Source: an uncultured Gemmatimonadales bacterium
GTDB lineage: Bacteria; Gemmatimonadota; Gemmatimonadetes; Gemmatimonadales; GWC2-71-9
DNA length: 64,000 nucleotides
Assembly: GCA_963740175.1 (NCBI GenBank)
Contig: CAVUDL010000012.1
Span: 26,434 to 90,433, forward strand
Direction: 5' to 3'
The translations under genes and the position numbers were made by a program. Positions within the stretch are counted from its first letter, which is position 1. The number at the start of each line of letters is the position of its first letter. This document shows positions 30,675 to 41,273 of the stretch, piece after piece. Under the pieces are notes generated by a model. It had not been told where the DNA came from. It saw only the letters and a list, made by a program, of their open reading frames with translations, and ran no database searches.

Positions 30675-31326
30675 CCTCGAAGATGAACACCGCCGCGCCG
30701 TCCTGTCGAAAGGGCAGCAGGTTGCGAAGCGGCGTGCGGTAGTAGCGCCGGATCCGGACGGCACCCCAGGGCGAGAGTGCGCGCTCGAGGCTGGTCACGT
30801 CGTACTCCCGCTTGTGGTCGGGGTCCCAGAAGTCCTTCCCACCGGCGTAGTCCCCACCAGCACCCCGCCCGGAGCCAGGAACTCCACCAGCTCCCCCACG
30901 AACGCAGCGTCGTCCCGGACGTGCTCCAGCACTTCGTTGCAGTACACCAGATCGAACTGGCCTGGCCCCGGCGGCACGGTAGTGAAGGCCGGATGGGCGC
31001 GGCACCACGGAACTTCTCGGCCTGGCTGATGGCGGCGCGGGAGATGTCGTACCCCACCGCTCCGCCGCCGAGTTGCTGGAGCCGCAGAGTGAAGATGCCA
31101 TCCATGCACCCGAAATCCAGAACCTTTTGCGGTCGGGCGGAAACCGGCGCAGCAGCACGCGCTGGCGCCAGAGCAGATGTCGCATGCGCCAGTCGAGATC
31201 GAGCGCGCGCGGGCCCTGCCTGTCGAGCCATGCGCGATACTGCCGGTCGTAGTCCGCGCTGGGGGAGGCGGGTGAATGTTCGCGCTCATCGACCTCCGCA
31301 CTCCCAGCTCGTGACCGATCCGGCAA
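30643..31326 (-). pseudogene. Class I SAM-dependent methyltransferase, frame broken at least 3 times
   Basis: Three frames carry KVLDFGCMDGIFTLRLQQLGGGAVGYDIS (motif I), FDLVYCNEVLEHVRDDAAFVGELVEFLAPGGVLV and KDFWDPDHKREYDV. The start is ATG 31326 or ATG about 31293. Confidence 0.6.
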
Positions 31327-32463
31327 GCTCGGTGGCTACCCGCTCCCAATTGTAGTAGGTCTCGACCGCGCGGCGGCCCTCGGCGCCCAGCCGCCGAGCC
31401 AGCTCGCGATCCTGTAACAGCTGCCGCACCGCGCCGATAGCAGCCTCGGGCCTCTCGGCATCCACCAGCAGCCCGGTCTCGCCATCCCGGACCGCGTCCG
31501 GAATACCGCCGCCCGACCCGGCAACCACCGGGATCCCTGAAGCCGAGGCTTCGCTGAGGGAGATCCCGAAGCCTTCGACCATCAGGCCCGCGGCCGGAGA
31601 GGCCCAGGTAAATCTCGGCGGTGTTATAGAGCGCGGGCAAATCGGAATCAGGAACGTTGGTCAGAAATCGGACCCGGTCGGCCACGCCGAGATCCCGCGC
31701 CAGACCCTCGAGCTGGCCCCGCCGGTCGCCCGACCCGACACGGATAGCGCAGGTCGGGATACTCGTTGGCCAGCGCGGCAAGAACGTGAAATACCGTGTC
31801 GATGCCCTTGTGCGCCACCAGGCGGGCAACGGTCAGCAGCCAGCGGCCTTCCTCCAGGCCATAGCGGGCCCGAACGGACGTCGGGTCGATCCCCGGGCGA
31901 AAGTGCTCGGGATCGGTCCCCAACGGGAGAAGGCGCACATCGATGTCGTCCGGTCGAAAGCCCAGCTCTTTCAGCACGATGCGGCCAGATCCCTGGTCCA
32001 GCGGCTGATGGCTACCACCACCGAGGCTGACCGATGATGGCCCGGGCGGCCGCGCTTGATAGCGGAATGGCGAATCCGGTGTTGCAGCAGCAGGAGATCG
32101 GTACCATAAAGAAAGATTCCGTAGGGGTTCCCAAGCGCTTCCGGATCCAGCGAGCAGGATATCCTGCCGGCTTGAAGTTGCCGCACCAGACGAACTCCGG
32201 CACGAATTCACGGGCCAGAGCGCTGGCCCGACGAGACCATGGGAGCAGCCCCTGAACCGTGCGAAGCCGCCGGCTGGGAACCTTGAGCCGGTCGACCCGG
32301 TTTGGCAATCCAGCATCCACTTCAGCGCTCCCGGGCTGCTGTCCGGTCGAGACCACGAGCGTCCCCGGCGGATAACGCTGGCCAGCTCGCCCATCATGCG
32401 GGCGATGCCGCCGCCCATGGGAGGAAAATCGAACGTCAGCAGCATCTGGGTTGCGGATCGCAT
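31286..32463 (-). pseudogene. Glycosyltransferase family 4, frame broken at least 4 times
   Basis: N-terminus MLLTFDFPPMGGGIARMM, middle LLTVARLVAHKGIDTV and E-x7-E region MVEGFGISLSEASASGIPVVAGSGGGIPDAV are distributed over three frames. Confidence 0.7.
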
Positions 32464-32527
32464 GACCGACAAAGTAGTGGAGTCACTATCTTTCCGCCTC
32501 AACCGCAGACGGAAGCAAAGCCCCATT

Positions 32528-33516
32528 ATGCACACCCTGACTCCCGACCCTCGAGGCAATTCTGCGCGTCGTCGTGATCGGAGCTGGACGCAGGCACAAG
32601 AACGAGGCTGCAATCGCGCGGGCGGTGCGGTCACTGGGCCATCCCTGCCGGCTGGTCAATGCGGTGACATGGACCCAGAACCTGGGCCGGCTCGCAGCAC
32701 CCCTCCTGAGCGGCAGGTACGATCATTCGAGCCGGATACCGTGATTCTCGCGCGGCACGCCACGCTGCTCGGTGAACAGCGACTCAAGCGGCTGCTGCGC
32801 GGCCGCTACTCGGCGTTCTGGTATTTCGATCTTCGGGTGCCGCCGATCCCTGACGTGGTCAAACTTGGCCGCATGGTCGACGCCATGTTCGTCACCTACC
32901 TCCCGACGGTAGAGACATACCGCGCGCTCGGGGTGTCGAACGTCTTCCACCTGCCCCAGGGTATGGATCCGGAGCTGGACCAGCCCGCCCGCTCGGTTCC
33001 GGACAGTATCGGTGCGAGGTGGCCTTCATCGGAGGCAATTCGCCCCACCGCAACACGGTCTTGCGCGATGGCCCATTACGATCTGCAGATTCGTGGCCCC
33101 GGCTGGCGCAAGGCACCGCCGGACCTGCCCATAGCGGTGGGCCGATCTACGGGAAGCCTACGCGCAGGCGGTCGGTGGGGCGGCGATCTCGCTCGGCGCG
33201 CATTCGTTGCCTGAGATGGCGTCGCAGACCGCCTCGGCGTCGAACCGCATGTGGAAGGTGATGGGCTGCGGCGGGTTCTATCTCGGCGAATGGGTGGAGG
33301 GCATCGATGCTCGGCCGGGACGGAGTGCACTGTGCCTGGTACCGCAACCTCGGACACGGCATCGAGCAGGTCCGGCACTATCTGGATCGGCCCGAGGAGC
33401 GGACCCGGATTGCGGAGGCCGGGCGGCGCCACGCCCTGGAGCACCACACCTATGCCCACCGGGTCCGTCTTCTGCTCGAAGGGCGGGGGTACACCCTGCC
33501 TCAGACGATCGTGTAG
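32528..33516 (+). pseudogene. CgeB-family / DUF3880-type glycosyltransferase-like protein, frame broken at least 4 times
   Basis: Fragments in different frames: LRVVVIGAGRRHKNEAAIARAVRSLGH, VAFIGGNSPHRNTVL, SNRMWKVMGCGGFYLGEW and RTRIAEAGRRHALEHHTYAHRVRLLLE. The family call is from memory. Confidence 0.5.
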
Positions 33517-34362
33517 TTCCGGAACTCGAAGACCCTCGCGCCGGTCAGCCGTTCGATAGCGGTGGAGATGTAGTAGCGGAGAAACCGCCAGCGGAATCTT
33601 CGCGGTCCGATGACCCGGTCGGGATCGAAGCTGCGGGTGTCGATCCAGCGGCGGGCCACCTCAGGGTGAGTTCCCTTGAACCGCTTCAACCCGGCATCCA
33701 GGCCAGCAGTGGCAGGCTCTCGTTGGCGTCGCGCCAGGGATACATGGTGCGGCCGAGGTCGCGCTTCTCCCGCAGAGCCTGCGCCGGTCGGGCCCAGCCG
33801 TAGTGGAACATCTCGGCGCTGGTCAGCCGGGCCCGGATCTTTCGATGCTCGGGGCCGACCCGAAACCCCTGAGCGCCCTGATAAGGCCGGATGTCCAGCT
33901 CCGGCGCCAGCCGCACCGCTCGCACCTCGCGGCGGTACCAGCGCCGGTGCGTGGCGACCGTGTCGAAGCCTCCGTAGAAGTGGATGTACCGGACCAGCAG
34001 GCCCTCGATCCGCGCGTCTCCGTCCCACTCTGGATCGCGGCCGCCAGCTCTTCCGCACCGCTCTCGTGCAGCACTTCATCGGCCTGGATGTACACGCCCC
34101 ATGGATGGGCGCAGGCCCGCATGGCCCGATGGGTCTCGAGCCCGAGCACGGTGTTTCGCCGCGTCATGTCCCATTCGGTCTCCAGGATCCTGATCTTGGG
34201 ATCTCCGATCGAGCGAACCAGCGCGAGGGTGTCGTCCTCCGAGCGGCCCACATTGACCACCACTTCATCGCAGATCGGCAGGATGGACCGGATGCTCGCC
34301 TCGACCGGGAAGTCGAGCTTGATGGCGTTGCGGACGATAGTGAAGCCCGAGACCTTTACCAC
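33501..34362 (-). pseudogene. Glycosyltransferase family 2-like, frame broken at least 2 times
   Basis: VKVSGFTIVRNAIKLDFPVEASIRSILPICDEVVVNVGRSEDDT..., then IHFYGGFDTV..RRWYRREVRAVR and FKGTHPEVARRWID in other frames. GTG start at 34362. Confidence 0.6.
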
Positions 34363-35460
34363 GGAGCCGCTCCGAGAAGGCCGGTTCTGGCTGGGGGAAG
34401 CTGGTCAGAACGGCCTCGTACAGCCGGGCGGTGCGCTCCACGGTGTGCTCCAGCGAGAAGGTCACTCGGGCGGTGTGCCTTCCGGCCGCGGCGAGACGGC
34501 TGGCGAGCTCCGGCTCCGCCAACAGCTCGTCGATGGCAGCTGCCCAAGCCTGTGGCCAGTGGCGCACCAATCGCCCATCCACCCCGTCAGTGATCAGATC
34601 GAGGTTGCCGGTCGCGGCAGAAGCGATGACCGGCTTCCCCAGCGCCATTGCCTCGAGCAGAGCCTGCGACAGTCCCTCCGACCGGGATGGCAGCAGTACC
34701 AGCTCCAGCAGCTCGTAGAGTGGACGAACATCGGGAGTGAACGGCAGGCAGACCACCGCGTGTGGTGCCGTCGCGCTCGGCGACTCGGCCAGCGCTGTTG
34801 GGATCCACCCCGGCCAGTACCAGTCGCACCGGGGTACGCACGCATCCAGGGCGCGCAGCACCACGTGCTGATCCTTCGGCCGGGCCACCACGCCGATGGT
34901 GCGCCGCGGGGCTCCCAGCCGATTCGCCTGCTCCACTCCTGCTCCCCAGGGTCAGCCGGTCGATTCGCTCGGTAACCACTCCGTTAGGTATCACCGTCAG
35001 CTTCCTTCGCGGGGTTCCCCGGCGAACCAACGCCTCACCAACGGCCCGGCTGACCGCGACCACCTGGGCCGCGGCCACGCCGACCAGCCAGTTCTCCAGG
35101 ATGAAGGTGCGTGGCATCTGGCGTCGGGTTGCACCAACGGGGCGCGCAAGCGACCAGTCAGGGCCAGCCAGGTCAGCGCTTCACGGTCTCGCGCGCTCTG
35201 GGAGTTGATCAGGTCGACAGGATGCCGGTCAGAACCTCCGCCAGCGCGGCCGCATTGCCGCGACGGCGATGGGGCAGCAGGGCGAGCGGATGCACCTCGA
35301 GACCGCCGGCCGTGCGAGCGACTCGACCTCGGACTCGGGGGGGCAGACAAATCGCACGTGCATCCCCGCCGAGCCAGCCGAGGCTGAGGTGCAGGGTGGA
35401 TGTGACTGAACCCGCGCCACCGCCCTGATGAAGCACCTGCAGCACGGTGGGCGCACTCAT
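34356..35460 (-). pseudogene. Glycosyltransferase family 4, frame broken at least 3 times
   Basis: N-terminus MSAPTVLQVLHQGGGAGSVTSTLHLSLGL, middle KLTVIPNGVV and C-terminal LLPSRSEGLSQALLEAMALGKPVIASAATG lie in different frames. Its ATG overlaps the upstream stop (ATGA at 35457-35460). Confidence 0.65.
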
Positions 35461-36265
35461 GAAGCGGGAATACCATAGGGCGTCCAAACCAGCCGGGGGG
35501 CCCGGTTTTCCTCGTACAACTTCTATTGCGTGCCAGCTGCAGCGGATCGGCGTAGGGCCGCGAGTGCTCGACATGCATGACGGGGTTGGTGTAGCGAATC
35601 GAGCGGCCGTGCACGCCAGGGCCTGCAGCGGTGTCCGAAATCAGCATCCTCGAAGCCGTAGGTGAACCGCTCGTCGAAGCCGCCTACCGCGCGCATGTGA
35701 TCCGCCCATGCCGATGAGTTCCCGCCCCGCCAGCTGGGCTCCGAGGCACACGGCCATTCATCACGTCACGTATACCAGGGAGGTGTCGAACCAGCAGCCG
35801 CCGCCGCTTGTTGACTCTCCCCACCAAAATCCGGGCCGGTCGAGAGGCCTGTGGAGATGTCTGCGGGGGTGAGCCGATCCGAAAGATGTCGGCTCAGGTA
35901 TACCGCGCCGCCCGCCAGGTAGCTGTCACGGCGGGCAGATCCACGTGGATTTCCAGGCAGTGCCGGCCCGGAATGCAGTCTCCATCGAAAAACACAAGGT
36001 AGTTACCGGTGGCTTCCTGAATGGCCTTGTTGCAGATGGTACATTTGCGAAAGCCATCGTCCGCATGCCAGACATGGCGCACCGGAAACGACGCCCGAGC
36101 CGCGAATCCGCGATGAGCGCCGCGGTGTCCGGACCGCTGCCATCATCGGCGATCAGCAGCTCAAGTCCTGCAGGCTTTGCCTCTCCAGGCCGGAAGCACG
36201 AGCTCCAGACCCCGAGGGTTGTTGTAGGTCGTGACGACGACTGAAGCCGCTCGGCCCCGGATCAC
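35457..36265 (-). pseudogene. Glycosyltransferase family 2, frame broken several times
   Basis: [63 protein letters not shown] and VGGFDERFTYGFEDADFGHRL..IRYTNPVMHVEHSRPY were read by hand over three frames. Its GTG overlaps the ABC exporter stop (GTGA). Confidence 0.6.
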
Positions 36266-38091
36266 CGCTCGGCCCCGAGGGCGGTCTCCTCCCCCCGGAA
36301 CTGGAGATCGTAGAGCCGGCGGTAGAGACCGCCGGCGCGAAGCAGCTCCTCGTGGCTGCCGCGCTGCACCACGCGCGCCCGCATCCAGCACCACGATCTC
36401 GTCGGCATCGCGCACCGTCGCCAGGCGGTGGGCGATCACCAGCACGGTGCGCTCCTGCATCAGCCGCTCGATGGCCTGCTGCACCAGCCGCTCCGATTCG
36501 GTGTCCAGCGCGCTGGTGGCCTCGTCCAGAATCAGGATCGGCGGATCGCGCAGCAGCGCCCGAGCGATGGCGATCCGCTGGCGCTGGCCGCCCGAGAGCC
36601 GGGTGCCCCGCTCGCCCAGCATGGTGTCGTAGCCCTGGGGCAGCTCCGCGATGAACGCGGCCGCGTTCGCCGCCTGGGCCGCCGCCTCGATCTGCTCCGG
36701 TGTGGCGCCGGGCGAGCCGTAGGCGATGTTCGCGCGCACCGTGTCGTTGAGCAGCACCGTATCCTGGCTCACGACGCCCATCAGCGCCCGCAGCGAGCGC
36801 CGGCCGATGCCGGGTGAGCGGCACTCCGTCCATCAGAATCTGGCCGATGGTGGGATCGTGGAACCGGGGAACCAGATCGGCCAGCGTCGTCTTCCCCGCC
36901 CCGGAGGGCCCGACCAGCGCGACGACCTTCCCTTTGGCAAGGTGAACGAGACGTCGCGCAGCACCAGATCGCCGTCGCCATAGCGGAAGGAGACCCGGTC
37001 GAACACAATCTCGCGCTCGAACCTGGCGAGCGATCGCCCGGGCCGATCGATCTCGGTGGCCGGCTGGTCGAGAAAATCGAAGACCCGCTCGGCGCTGGCC
37101 AGGGTCACCGCCATCACGGCCGGAAACGAGGCGATGGTCTTGAGCGGCGAGGTGAGCTTCAGCGCCGCCATGAGGAAGACGATGATGGCCTCGGGTGCGA
37201 GCGGAGCGGCCAGGCCCACCAGCCCGGGCTTCGTGCCGGCCCAGATAATCAGGATCACGAGGAACCCGGAGAACACCTCGGTCACCGGACTGGTCAGGGA
37301 GGAAAATCGCTGGGTGCGGATCACCCGCTTTCGGTAGCGTTCCGCCTGAGCCCTGAAGTGGGCCGTCTCGCGGGCCTCCTCCCCGTACGACCGGATCAGC
37401 CGGATGGCGCCGAGCCGCTCCGCCACGGTGGCCGTGATCTCTCCCCGTTCGTGGGCCCGGGCGCGCGCATGGGCCCGCAGCCGCCGCAGGAGGACTGAAG
37501 GCCCAGCACCAGAAAGGGAACGAACGCCAGGGTGAGCAGGGTGAGCCGCAGCGAGATCTGGCTCAGGATGAACAGCGTCACCGCGACCACGACGAGATTC
37601 TGGAAGAACGAGAGCAGCGAGGCCGTGATGACCGTCTTGGTCTGATCCACTTCGGTGATGATTCCCGAGATCAGCTGGCCGGCCCGGGTGCGCTGAAAGA
37701 AGCCGAGATCCAGGGTGAGCAGGTGGCCGAACAGCCGGGTGCGAAGGTCGCGCACCAGCCCCTCCTGAGCCCGCACCGAGACTGGGTGGACGCATAGCTC
37801 ATGGCGTTCTTGAGCACGAGGCCGAGCACCAGAAGCACGACCAGGCGCGCGGCTGCCTGGCCCGGAGTGAGACCGGCCATCAGGGGCTCGACCAGCCGGT
37901 CGATCAGCGCCTCCAGCTGGGTGGAGCCGGCCCGCAGGCTTCCGGCGGTGCCGAAGAGATGTTTCAGCAGGGGGACCAGCAGCACCAGGGTAAAGCCGTC
38001 GAGCAGCGAGGCCAGCATGGTGGCGCCAGCCCGATCGCAGCAGGCCCCGGTAGGGGACGACGAGCCGCAGGAGCCTGAGCTCGGGGCGCAC
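36262..38091 (-). pseudogene. ABC exporter, fused permease/ATPase (MsbA-like), frame broken at least 5 times
   Basis: TMD segments (FFQRTRAGQLISGIITEVDQ), Walker [10 protein letters not shown] (read by hand), signature [14 protein letters not shown] and Walker [14 protein letters not shown] hand-verified shift near 36375 restores ...[26 protein letters not shown]...* ending at 36262. Confidence 0.8.
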
Positions 38092-38093
38092 CG

Positions 38094-39659
38094 TTAGCCG
38101 TGCCGCGGGGTGAGCAGCGCGATCGGCAGGAGCACCTCTTCGGGCGACACGCCGCCATGGAGGAACGCTCCTCGATAGCGGGCCTGGTACTCCCGCAGCT
38201 TGGTGGGGTAGACGAAGAAGCGGTCGCCGGTGGCGAGCAGGAGCCGGGTGCCCGGCGTCCGGGTGGGCAGGCCGAAGCTGGCCAGGTCATCCACCACCAG
38301 CGCCGAGTCGGGATCCTGGGCCCGCAGATCGTCGCCGAACTTGTAGCGCAGGTTCGAGGTGGTGTCGCGCTTGGCGAACACCGTCGCCGGGGTGTGGCAG
38401 TGGATCGAGCCGTGGTCAGTGGTAAGCAGGACCGGCACCCGCCGGCGCTCGGCCTCCCGCAGCGCGTCCCAGAGCGGCGAGCGCTCGAACCAGGTGCGGG
38501 TGAGGTTCCGAAGCGCGGGGGTGTCGCGGGCCACTTCGAAGAGAGTCGAGTTCTCCGTGCGGCCGTGCGTGAGCTGGTCGATGAAGTTGAAGACCAGCGC
38601 GGTGACGCCGTCCTGGGCCAGGTGCGCCGGCAACCGCTTGAGCAGGCCCTCGCCGTCCGCTGCGGTGAACACCTTCTCGTAATGGACCGGCACCTGGCGG
38701 CCGGTGAGCTCGCGCATGTGCTCGGTCAGCAGCTCGGCCTCATGGGCGTTGAGGCTCGCATCCTCGTTGTCGTGCCACCACTTGGGATAGCGCGCCTTGA
38801 TCTCGGCGGGAAAGAGCCCGCTGAAGATGGCGTTCCGGGCGAACGGCGTGGCCGTGGGCAGGATCGAGAAGTAGTGCGCCGTCTCGATGTCGAACCGGGC
38901 GCTGATCAGCGGGCGGATCATGGCCCACTGATCCAGCCGGAGGCAGTCCACCACGACCAGCATCGCCCGCCCGTGCATGTCGAGCACGGGCCGCAGGAAC
39001 TCCGCGCCGATATCCACCGAGAGCGGCGGCCGGTCGGTGTCGCCCTCGTGCAGCCAGCTGGCGTAGTTCCGCTGCAGATAGCGGGCAAAGTCCTGCCGCA
39101 TGCTGTCCTGCAGCGTGCGCAGCGCGTCCTGCAGTCCGGGCTCATCCGCCTGGCCCAGCCGCACCTCCCACTCGGCCAGCTCGACGACCACTTCGACCCA
39201 CTCGCGCCAGGCCAGCGGACTTCCCCGCCGCGCCTCGAGCTCGCGGAAGCGGGTGGCGAAGTCTCGCGAGAGCCGCTGCTGCCGGATCCGGTCGCCCTCG
39301 AGCAGCCGGGTGACGACCGAGAGGATCTGCCGCGGGTTGACCGGCTTGATGAGGTAATCGGAGATCTCGGCGCCGATGGCGTCCTTCAGCGTCTCGGGCT
39401 CCTCGCTCTTCGTCACCATGACCACCGGCATCCCGTGGTCGATGGCGCGGATGGCCTGAAAGAGTTCCAGTCCGCGCCGGCCGGGCATCTGCTCGTCGAG
39501 CAGGACGACGCCATAGGGCTGGCGCTGGAGCAGGACCAGGGCGTCGTCGCCATGGGTGGTGGTCTCGACGGCAAAGCCCTGCTCCTCGAGGAACAGGATG
39601 TGAGACGTGAGGCTCTCGACCTCATCATCCACCCACAGAATGCTTTTGGGCCGGGGCAT
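38094..39659 (-). CDS. PorX-like response regulator with C-terminal PglZ / alkaline-phosphatase-superfamily domain
   Basis: Intact. REC domain ILWVDDEVESLTSHILFLEEQGFAVE...VVLLDEQMPG...IKP, then a PglZ-like region (VVVDCLRLDQW, LPTATPFARNAIFSG, FNFIDQLTHG, LLTTDHGS). Only 2 nt separate its TAA from the GTG of the ABC exporter. Confidence 0.8.
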   Translation of the reverse strand: MPRPKSILWVDDEVESLTSHILFLEEQGFAVETTTHGDDALVLLQRQPYGVVLLDEQMPGRRGLELFQAIRAIDHGMPVVMVTKSEEPETLKDAIGAEISDYLIKPVNPRQILSVVTRLLEGDRIRQQRLSRDFATRFRELEARRGSPLAWREWVEVVVELAEWEVRLGQADEPGLQDALRTLQDSMRQDFARYLQRNYASWLHEGDTDRPPLSVDIGAEFLRPVLDMHGRAMLVVVDCLRLDQWAMIRPLISARFDIETAHYFSILPTATPFARNAIFSGLFPAEIKARYPKWWHDNEDASLNAHEAELLTEHMRELTGRQVPVHYEKVFTAADGEGLLKRLPAHLAQDGVTALVFNFIDQLTHGRTENSTLFEVARDTPALRNLTRTWFERSPLWDALREAERRRVPVLLTTDHGSIHCHTPATVFAKRDTTSNLRYKFGDDLRAQDPDSALVVDDLASFGLPTRTPGTRLLLATGDRFFVYPTKLREYQARYRGAFLHGGVSPEEVLLPIALLTPRHG

Positions 39660-39675
39660 GCCTAAACCTAACCGG

Positions 39676-39772
39676 CGTGAGCGGTGAGCGGTAAGCAGTG
39701 AGCGGGCTACAGCGATCCCTGAGAGCGCCACTACAACTTTCCCTCTCACCGCTTACCGCTTACCGCTTACGC
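39676..39772. repeat. Heptad-built palindromic intergenic element, copy 2
   Basis: CGTGAGC GGTGAGC GGTAAGC AGTGAGC GGG, a 35-nt loop, then CCC TCTCACC GCTTACC GCTTACC GCTTACG. It lies in the divergent region between the PorX-like gene and GT9. Confidence 0.85.
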
Positions 39773-39787
39773 TGGTACTTTCTCCCC

Positions 39788-40850
39788 GTGCCCCACGCCT
39801 CCACCTCTCCGAACATCCTGGCGGTTCGTTTCAGCTCTATCGGGGACATCCTCCTCACCACGCCGCTCCTGCGAGCGATCCGGCGCACCCATCCGGGCGC
39901 CCGCGTCACGGTGCTCACCAAGCGGGAGTACGTCCCGCTGCTGAGCCACAACCCGCATGTGCATCGCGTGCTCGGCTTGGCGCCGGGCCGCTCGCTGTTC
40001 AGCCTGGCCGCCGAGCTCAGGGGGGACCGATACACCCACCTGCTGGATCTCCACGACAACCTGCGAAGCCGGGCGTTGCGAATCCTGGTGCCAGGCCATT
40101 GGCGGTCCTATCCCAAGCACCGGCTGGCCCGCGCCTGGCTGATTCGGGCCAAGCGAAATCGATATCGCGACCGGCGGCCGGTAGCGGAGCGGTACTTTCC
40201 GCCGCCCGCGATCTGGCGTGAAACCCGACGGCGGCCCGCCGGAGTTCTTTCTGGGGCCGGGAGGCGGACGAGCAGGTAGGGGCGTGGCTGACATCGGTGG
40301 GCTTCGAGCACGAGCTCGACATCGTGGCGGTGGCGCCCGGGGCGGCGCATGCGACCAAGCGCTGGCCGCTGGAACACTGGCGCAGCGCTGGTGGACCGTG
40401 CCGTCATGGATGGCTGGCCGTGGTCAGTCGTGGGCGGCCCCGACGATGCCGACCTTGGCGCTTCCCTCGCTGCGGGCAGCAGCGGCCGGGTGGCCAACGC
40501 TGCGGGAAGTTTCGGGCTGCAGGCCACCGGAGCCCTGCTCCGGCGAGCCCGCGCACTCGTCTCGGGTGACACCGGTGTCATGCACATGGCCACTGGAGTC
40601 GGGACGCCGGTGGTGGCGCTGTTCGGCCCTACGGTCGAGGCATTTGGTTTTTTCCCCTACACCGCCAAGGCACGGTGGTGGAGCTGCCGCTCCCATGCCG
40701 GCCTTGCACCGCGCAGGGAAGCGCCCGCTGTCCCGCTGGGCCACCACCGCTGCATGATCGATATCCAGCCCGGCGTTGTATACGAGGCGCTGCGGAGCCG
40801 GTTGCGCGTGACCGGCTGGGATCCGGCGGCGAGCGCGCTGCTGGCTCTGC
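39788..40850 (+). pseudogene. Glycosyltransferase family 9 (heptosyltransferase-like), frame broken at least 4 times; 3' end uncertain
   Basis: ILAVRFSSIGDILLTTPLLRAIRRTHPGARVTVLT, VAPGAAHATKRWPLEHW, LVSGDTGVMHMATGVGTPVVALFGPT and PCRPC..GHHRCMIDIQP alternate between frames. Confidence 0.7.
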
Positions 40851-40905
40851 TGTCCCAGGTGGGCCGGGGCCCAAGCGCGGGGGGATCTTTGCCCTCTGGC
40901 TCACG

Positions 40906-41196
40906 GTGCGGGTCGCTCAGGATCTCCTGCTGGATCCGCCACCGGCCGAGCGGGCGCAGCGCCGCCGGGTACAGGCGCTGGAACAGCGGTTGTCGAGCCT
41001 CACCATGCCGCCGCCACTGAGGCGCGCGTTCGGCGCGGCGGTGCAGCAGCTGCGCGATGCCCGGCCGGACACCGCGGCCCAGGTGCTGAGCCAGCTGGTG
41101 GCGCCGGCGCGGGAGACCGGGGGGCCGGAAGCGGGTGAAGCCGTGGCGCTGGCGGCGCGGCAGGCGCGGGAAGCCGGCAGGCGGGTAAGCGGGTAA
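40906..41196 (+). CDS. Hypothetical small protein, or an out-of-frame tail of the GT9 gene
   Basis: This is only the open frame VRVAQDLLLDPPPAERAQRRRVQALEQRL...; I recognised no motif. Its stop TAA lies inside repeat copy 3. Confidence 0.2.
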   Translation: MRVAQDLLLDPPPAERAQRRRVQALEQRLSSLTMPPPLRRAFGAAVQQLRDARPDTAAQVLSQLVAPARETGGPEAGEAVALAARQAREAGRRVSG

Positions 41197-41262
41197 GCGA
41201 GCCGGGCATCGTAGGCATAGCTGGGACGCGGCCTCGCCTACCCGCCTGCCCCGCTACCCGCC
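41176..41262. repeat. Heptad/octad-built palindromic intergenic element, copy 3
   Basis: GGCAGGC GGGTAAGC GGGTAAGC GAG, a 32-nt loop, then CTCGCCTACCC GCCTGCCC CGCTACCC GCC. Hand pairing gives about 27 positions with 4 mismatches. Confidence 0.8.
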
Positions 41263-41273
41263 TATACTCCGCC

